A model generated the notes under the pieces. It had not been told where the DNA came from. It made no database searches and was given only the letters and a program-made list of their open reading frames with translations. Positions 57,333 to 64,000 of a DNA stretch of 64,000 bases are shown one piece after another. How positions within the stretch are numbered: the first letter of the stretch is position 1; each line of letters begins with the position of its first letter. The stretch is taken from assembly GCA_964016885.1 (NCBI GenBank), contig OZ024762.1, positions 26,660,001 to 26,724,000 on the forward strand. Reading direction: 5' to 3'. Both the position numbers and the translations under genes were made by a program. The stretch comes from Eledone cirrhosa. Its lineage: Eukaryota.

Positions 57333-57987
57333 TTTGCTTACATTAATTTCTCTATTTTCATTTATATATTTAAACTTGGAATTTTCCTTGAGTGTTTACT
57401 ATTATTTGTGACTAATCCGAGTTTTTTATGAAAAAAATTGTGATAATATTGCTTATGCTGAACTCCATATTTTTGTTGAGTTTTTTCGGAATGTTTTGAG
57501 TGGTGTTTCTTGCAAACAGTTTTACGTTTCATCCCGACATCACTAGTTTTGAATCCACGTGTATTTTGTTACTTCATTTCAACACGCTGTTCACTTGCCT
57601 GCTATTAAATTCCCCTCTGGCATCTTAGCAGTATTATTTAGTTAAAGTGTTGAGCACTACTGATGAACGACCCCAACCGTGTCTAACCCCACTGAAAGGT
57701 TTCGTGAAATAGTCTTTTAAGATTATATAGTGCATTTGTAGTTTTCCCCAAATTGACGGTTAAGTATTTCTTTTTGATTTTATTTTGAGTTAAGATAGTA
57801 TTGTTTTTTTTCCCCAGCTTACACAAAGTCTGAGGATAGAATCTTTCTTCTTGACTTGCTTTGAATTAAGATTAAATTATTTATCCCATATCTTTCGTTA
57901 TAAATGTTTCAACTTGATGTTATAATCACTTATATGTCTGAATTATTGTCGGCTTTTTGCTTACATTGATTTCTCTATTTTCATTTA
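57333..57987 (+). mobile_element. 623-bp HHR-containing unit with ~32-bp terminal direct repeat
   Basis: tttgcttacatt(a/g)atttctctattttcattta at 57333 and 57956; HHR in the middle; diverged minus copy at 58246-58600. Confidence 0.8.
57654..57733 (+). ncRNA. Type I hammerhead ribozyme
   Basis: gcacta-CTGATGA-acga...tcgt-GAAA-tagtc ttttaa gatt-ATA-tagtgc. Confidence 0.87.
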
Positions 57988-58012
57988 AATATATATGATA
58001 TATATATATATA

Positions 58013-58108
<96 letters not shown>

Positions 58109-58130
58109 ATATATATATATATATATATAT

Positions 58131-58192
<62 letters not shown>

Positions 58193-58496
58193 ATATTATA
58201 TATATAATATATGTATATATTATATATATATATATATTATATATATAAATGAAAATAGAGTAATTAATGTGAGCAAGAGGCCAACAGTAATTCATACATA
58301 TAAGTGACTATTTTGTCAAGATGGAATATATTTAACGTAAGATATGGGAAAATAATTCAATCCTAATTCAAAGAAAAGTCAAGACAGAAATTTTATCCAC
58401 AGATTTTGTGTAATCCAGAGAAAACTCCAATAGAGTCTTAACTCAGAATAAAATAAAGCTTAAATACTCATCCTTCAATTTGGAAAAAGTACAAAT

Positions 58497-58577
58497 GCTC
58501 TGTATAGTCTTAAAAAGAATATTTCACGAAACTTTTCAGTGGGATTGGTCACGGTTAGAGTCGTTCATCAGTAGAGC
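58497..58577 (-). ncRNA. Type I hammerhead ribozyme (diverged copy of 57654-57733)
   Basis: gctcta-CTGATGA-acga...tcgt-GAAA-tattc...gact-ATA-cagagc; compensatory A-T to T-A change in stem I. Confidence 0.75.
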
Positions 58578-58699
58578 TCAACACGATGACTAAAAAACTC
58601 AGTCATATATATATATAATATATATATATATAATATATATATTATATATATATATAATATATATATATATATTATATATATATATATTATATATATATA

Positions 58700-58771
<72 letters not shown>

Positions 58772-58794
58772 CATATTATATATATATATTATAA

Positions 58795-58851
<57 letters not shown>

Positions 58852-59052
58852 TATATATATATTATATATATTATATCTATATATATTATATGTATATATT
58901 ACAGATATATATTATATATATATATATACAATGTATATATAATATATATATATTTTATATATATATATATTATATATATATATATTATATATATACTATA
59001 TATATATATATATTATATATACATATATATATATTATATATATATATATATA

Positions 59053-59125
<73 letters not shown>

Positions 59126-59450
59126 AAATTTCTTTAAGTCGTTTGGAAGCCTCGACAATGCAGATGGGTCAATTTCCGGGCAACAAGATCCGGTGATGGA
59201 GAGAGAGATATAAGTGGGTGTACGTTGAGATGCGTGGCGTGTATAAGACTGTAACGTGTAAAGGAATGAAGGAATGAAAGGATAAAAATAAAAATAACAA
59301 CAAAAGAAAGAGTTACCTTGGGAGAGATTTAATTGTCCCTATATATTTCGGATTCACATCCATCATCTGCGGTTTTTCCGGGGGTAGGGGGGAAGGTTGT
59401 CTGTCGGAAAGGTGCGAAACGTGTCCTCCGCTGTTCGTTGTTTTGAATAT

Positions 59451-59503
<53 letters not shown>

Positions 59504-59528
59504 TATATATAATATTTATAGATATTTA

Positions 59529-59559
<31 letters not shown>

Positions 59560-59566
59560 ATATATA

Positions 59567-59599
<33 letters not shown>

Positions 59600-59865
59600 A
59601 TATATATATATATAATATATATATATAATATATATAGATATTTATAATATAATATATATATATATATAATATATATGATATATATATATATATATAGTAA
59701 TAATAATAAATTTGAAGACTAAAATTCAAAGAGGGCTCGATAAGGATAAATATATATCAAATATATAAGAACTGTAGAGCAAATATTTATTAAAATAACA
59801 GATTATTCAAATAACAGATTAAAGTTTAAGTAACACTTTAATCTGTTATTTTAATAAATGTATAT

Positions 59866-59899
<34 letters not shown>

Positions 59900-59901
59900 A
59901 T

Positions 59902-59993
<92 letters not shown>

Positions 59994-59996
<3 letters not shown>

Positions 59997-60330
59997 CGGG
60001 TAAAATTTCCGAGATCCATGGACGAGTTCTCTCCAGCGGTCTCTGTCCATCATTATTGCTGCCATGTCCTGCGTCTCCAACAGACCAGTGTCTGTCCTTA
60101 GGGCATCAATATACGTTAACCTTGGTCTTCCTCTTCTAGTGTGTCCATGTAGGGGCTCCCAAAGGAGCACTGAGTGCAATGTCAACTCTGGATGTCGGTG
60201 AGCATGTCCAGCTAACCTCAGTCTCCTCTGTGTCACTTTTGAGCTGACTTTTGGGAGGCTCCCGTACAGCTCTGAGTTTTTCAACCTCAGTGTATACTCG
60301 TTAATGTTCAGAGCCATCCTCAACATTCTT
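59994..60330 (-). pseudogene. RTE-group LINE 3' fragment
   Basis: MLRMALNI..N.ELYG.LP..RRLRLAGH..LLWEP..RRGRPRLTYID.L..DTG..DRDRWR; runs into (TA)n. Confidence 0.85.
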
Positions 60331-60473
60331 TATATAATATTATATATATAATATTATATATAGTATATATATAATATTATATATATAATATTATATATAG
60401 TATATATATAATATTATATATATAATATTATATATAGTATATATATAATATTCTATATATAATATTATATATA

Positions 60474-60542
<69 letters not shown>

Positions 60543-60585
60543 TTTTTTTATATATATATATTATATTATATATATATATATATTT

Positions 60586-60616
<31 letters not shown>

Positions 60617-61379
60617 TTTATATATATATATATATATTATATATAAGGAATGTCAATAAAGTTTGTTATCTCCCTTACATCAATTTTTCTACCGATAATT
60701 TTGATATCGATTTTTTATTGCTTAACGTAGGTCGATTTGAAAAATGTTTATGATGTGACAATCTTATCAAACAGTGCAACGTGCACAGAAAATTTTGTTA
60801 AATTCAGTTGGCAATTGTGAAAGCCTTATGCATGCAAAGTTGTACACAGACACACACACATCCTCGCTTTTATATATATAAAGATATGATATATATATTT
60901 AATATATATATATAATATATAAATCATTAAAAAAAATAATGAATAAACAAAGAAACAAAAAAAGTTCATTATTTTACGATCGTTTTCCATTGTGATATGG
61001 ATAATGGACAAGAAAAAGAGCTCAACTATTTGTATATGGAGTTATAAAGCCATACACATATATGTATATATATATATATATATATATAAATTTACATACA
61101 CATACAATACAAAAATAAGAATATCCCCGTGAAAATAGGAGCAAAGTATGTAGATAAATCTACCAAAAGTTTACGGTAGTGTCCAATCCGTATGAAGAAC
61201 TCAATGTAATCCGGATATCATGAAAAGACAAGATGCATTCAAAAACTACTTTCGGTGAAAACTATATTTTTTTTAATGATTTATCTTGACTCTGTTTTCC
61301 GTTTATTTTTCACTGAAAGTAGTTTTTGAATGCATCTTCTCTTTTCATCTTCTCTTTTCATCTTCTCTTTTAATAATTC

Positions 61380-63090
61380 TTTGGACAAAACTTCGGAACT
61401 GTGGAGTTTACCACAACTCTAGTATATGAAATAACTGCGCACTCTGTACAATGGAAACGCTGTTGATTATTAATAACTATGAGACCCTAATTAACAAAAA
61501 AAGTGAATTATTCTCTAGTTGGCTCCATAAAGCTACGTCCACATTCTTAGCCTCCCACAAAACGAGAAAAAAAGAGAGTGAAACATTAAACTATTAAAAA
61601 CTTGGTTGTCAGATCTATAAAATCAACAGGGAAACACTTTAGTGGCCTTTAATATTGCACTATCTTATAACTCTCTATAGAAGAAATAACGCTCGAATAA
61701 AAAACACTTGTTCAATAACATGCCGGAACATTGATACACATAACAATATTCTGTTAACTTTGATCCATGTCATTATTTCTTTATTTCTCTATCCTTATCT
61801 TCCTACTTAAGTTTTAAATCTAAGTTTTACATCCAACCCTTACATCTTTACTGAACTTATTTATAACTGTGAATTTTTCATGCGTTTCTGATCTCTTATT
61901 TATAATATGTATGTAATTATATTTTCTATGTTTTTAAATATGCCTACTGCATTCTTATATCCATGATTCAAATATAAAGCAAATATCCAAATTACAAATT
62001 ATTATAAACATTATTTTGAACTATGAATTATCCATGCATTTATTATTGTTTCTCTTATATATATATATATATGTATTTCACTTTAACACCTAGAACTTTA
62101 TTATATAAAATTATAACCATTATCATTTACCTAAAGTATACTGTATCACTAATACATAATATAAAATATAACCATATATAACTCCCTGTATCTTTCTATA
62201 CATAATTTTCAGTTAACATATAAATTTTTTGATTGTTTTTACTTTGAGCTAGGAATTATTAATACATTTACACACGGTTATATATAGGTATATATTTAAT
62301 TTTAACATGCCTCAATCTATTATTTTATTTTTATTTTATTTTCATTATCATTTACCTAAAATATACTGGCTCATTAATTAATATATATCTATATACATAA
62401 CCGTTATTTAAATTTTTCTAACAATAAGTACTTCAAAAGCTTTACATACCTAATACGTTGACAAGGACTAACTTCATTAAAGATTACATTTAGGAAAAAT
62501 ATCCATCAGTGTAAACTTTCCTTAATAATGGCCAGCTAAATTCTTTAAATCTTATAATCAAAAAAATTCAGAAGCTTAGAAATGTTAACACGCTTATAAA
62601 ATTTACAAAACTAATATATAAATAAAAAAAACCTAAAATGTTGATTCTTCACCCTAAGATAACATAAATTAAATATTTTCAAACCTAACCGTTTAATTTC
62701 GGAAAAGAATCTCCTTCTGCATACATTACCCCCCTCATCTTTCCTTCTCGCTCACTGACTGTTATAATTCATGAAATGCTTTCCTAGATAAATTGTAGTA
62801 TCATCGATATTAAAATCTCGATAACTGGTGCATTAAGCAACGTTTTTCTTACTCAGACATTCTCTATTGAATTTATTGCGTTTTCGCATTTTCTCATTAT
62901 TAGGGTATAAATGTTAAATTTTCTCTTAGGTTAATCACTACCTTGATTAAATCTTAACCATTTAACATCTCAGAGTATGTCATATATCATTGTATTTTGT
63001 CTGATGAGGACATACTGTTGTACATCCGAAATATGTATGATAAAATGTAATTGATCAAAAGAACATCTATTTTATTAATTCTAATATACA
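61380..63090 (+). pseudogene. Naiad C-terminal remnant plus ~1.5-kb 3'UTR with degenerate HHR (62994-63046)
   Basis: NCALCTMETLLII..LINKKSELFSSWLHK at ~61432-61560; attttgt-CTGATGA-gga...tcc-GAAA-tatgt-ATG-ataaaat (non-cleavable triplet). Confidence 0.7.
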
Positions 63091-63199
63091 TATTATATAT
63101 ATATTTATATTCTAATATATATATATATTATATATAATATATATGTATATATATATATATTATATATATATTATATATAATATATATGTATATATATAT

Positions 63200-63232
<33 letters not shown>

Positions 63233-63310
63233 ATATATAATATGTATATATATATATAATATGTATATATATATATATTTATATTATATATATATATTAT
63301 ATATTATATA

Positions 63311-63348
<38 letters not shown>

Positions 63349-63352
63349 TTAT

Positions 63353-63450
<98 letters not shown>

Positions 63451-63540
63451 CGAAGGGAATGTGGTAAGGAACCAGGTGGACCATAACGCACCAAAGTACT
63501 CAATACTTAGGGTAGTAGAGTGGGTAATAGGAACAAGTAA

Positions 63541-63636
63541 GACCCCGACGGCTGAGCTCAAGCCGTTTCGACGGCTAATTCGGTACTGAATGAAAATTTA
63601 TTCTGGTATTTAAATAGCCGAACTTATCAAGGGGTA
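63541..63636 (-). ncRNA. Degenerate hammerhead (core TTGATAA)
   Basis: acccc-TTGATAA-gttcggcta...tagccgtc-GAAA-cggct tgagctc agcc-GTC-ggggtc; related 3' half at 1050-1087 (+). Confidence 0.55.
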
Positions 63637-63935
63637 ATTCCATATACGGTCAAAGAGATAATCACCAGGATTGGTCACATCACAAGTTAGTAGTAAATCT
63701 GTGATGGCAAGTTGGTGGGGGAGGGGGCAGCTAAACCTGCCGGTAGGAGAAAAAGGGAGAGGGGCTGGAGTAGACCCATTCATGCGTTGGTAGTGCCAGC
63801 TACAGCTGGGTGTGAGGTCAAAGAGGATACTGGGGAGGGGGAGGGGAGGAGGTCGAAACGGTAAGTAGAACAATGAAAGGTAAAACTATAAAAGGTACTG
63901 AGAGAGAAAAAAATAAAATAAAATAAGCAAAATGT

Positions 63936-63990
63936 ATTGCTATATATATTTCGGTGACAGCCATCCTTGGCTGTGATCTCTTCAGGCAGT
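63936..63990 (-). ncRNA. Type I minimal hammerhead ribozyme
   Basis: actgc-CTGAAGA-gatcacagcc aaggat ggctgtcacc-GAAA-tatat-ATA-gcaat. Confidence 0.75.
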
Positions 63991-64000
63991 CCGAATTGTT

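Noticed and set aside
59335-59385. Minus-strand CAGATGA-tggatgtgaatcc-GAAA-tat-ATA motif
   Set aside because: Stem I cannot form; at best a decayed HHR.

Overview
AT-rich eukaryotic, animal-like DNA. The SINE type, microsatellite load and TE mix suggest a cephalopod (Octopus-like) genome, but this is inference. No host gene is recognisable, and most ORF-track entries are (TA)n/(CA)n/(GA)n artefacts. The window is a (TA)n-microsatellite sink for retroelements. It holds Naiad-type Penelope-like elements (PLEs; RT + GIY-YIG), one near-intact Neptune/Nematis-like PLE with an inverted 3' copy, L1/Tx1, R4/Dong, CR1 and RTE remnants, tRNA-derived SINEs and a small MITE. The main hidden signal is RNA. 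Two related families of non-coding ~420-470 bp tandem units each carry one hammerhead ribozyme (HHR) per unit, a conserved ATGCAAAT octamer and a shared multi-hairpin fold (retrozyme-like, candidate circular RNAs). They insert into (TA)n with a fixed 3' terminus and PLE-style inversions. About ten further HHR families sit in PLE 3' regions, several with non-canonical cores or a very long stem II. Other terminally redundant ~465-640 bp structured units lack a canonical HHR and may contain an undescribed RNA motif. All folds and alignments were read by eye; coordinates are accurate to a few bases and ribozyme activity is untested.
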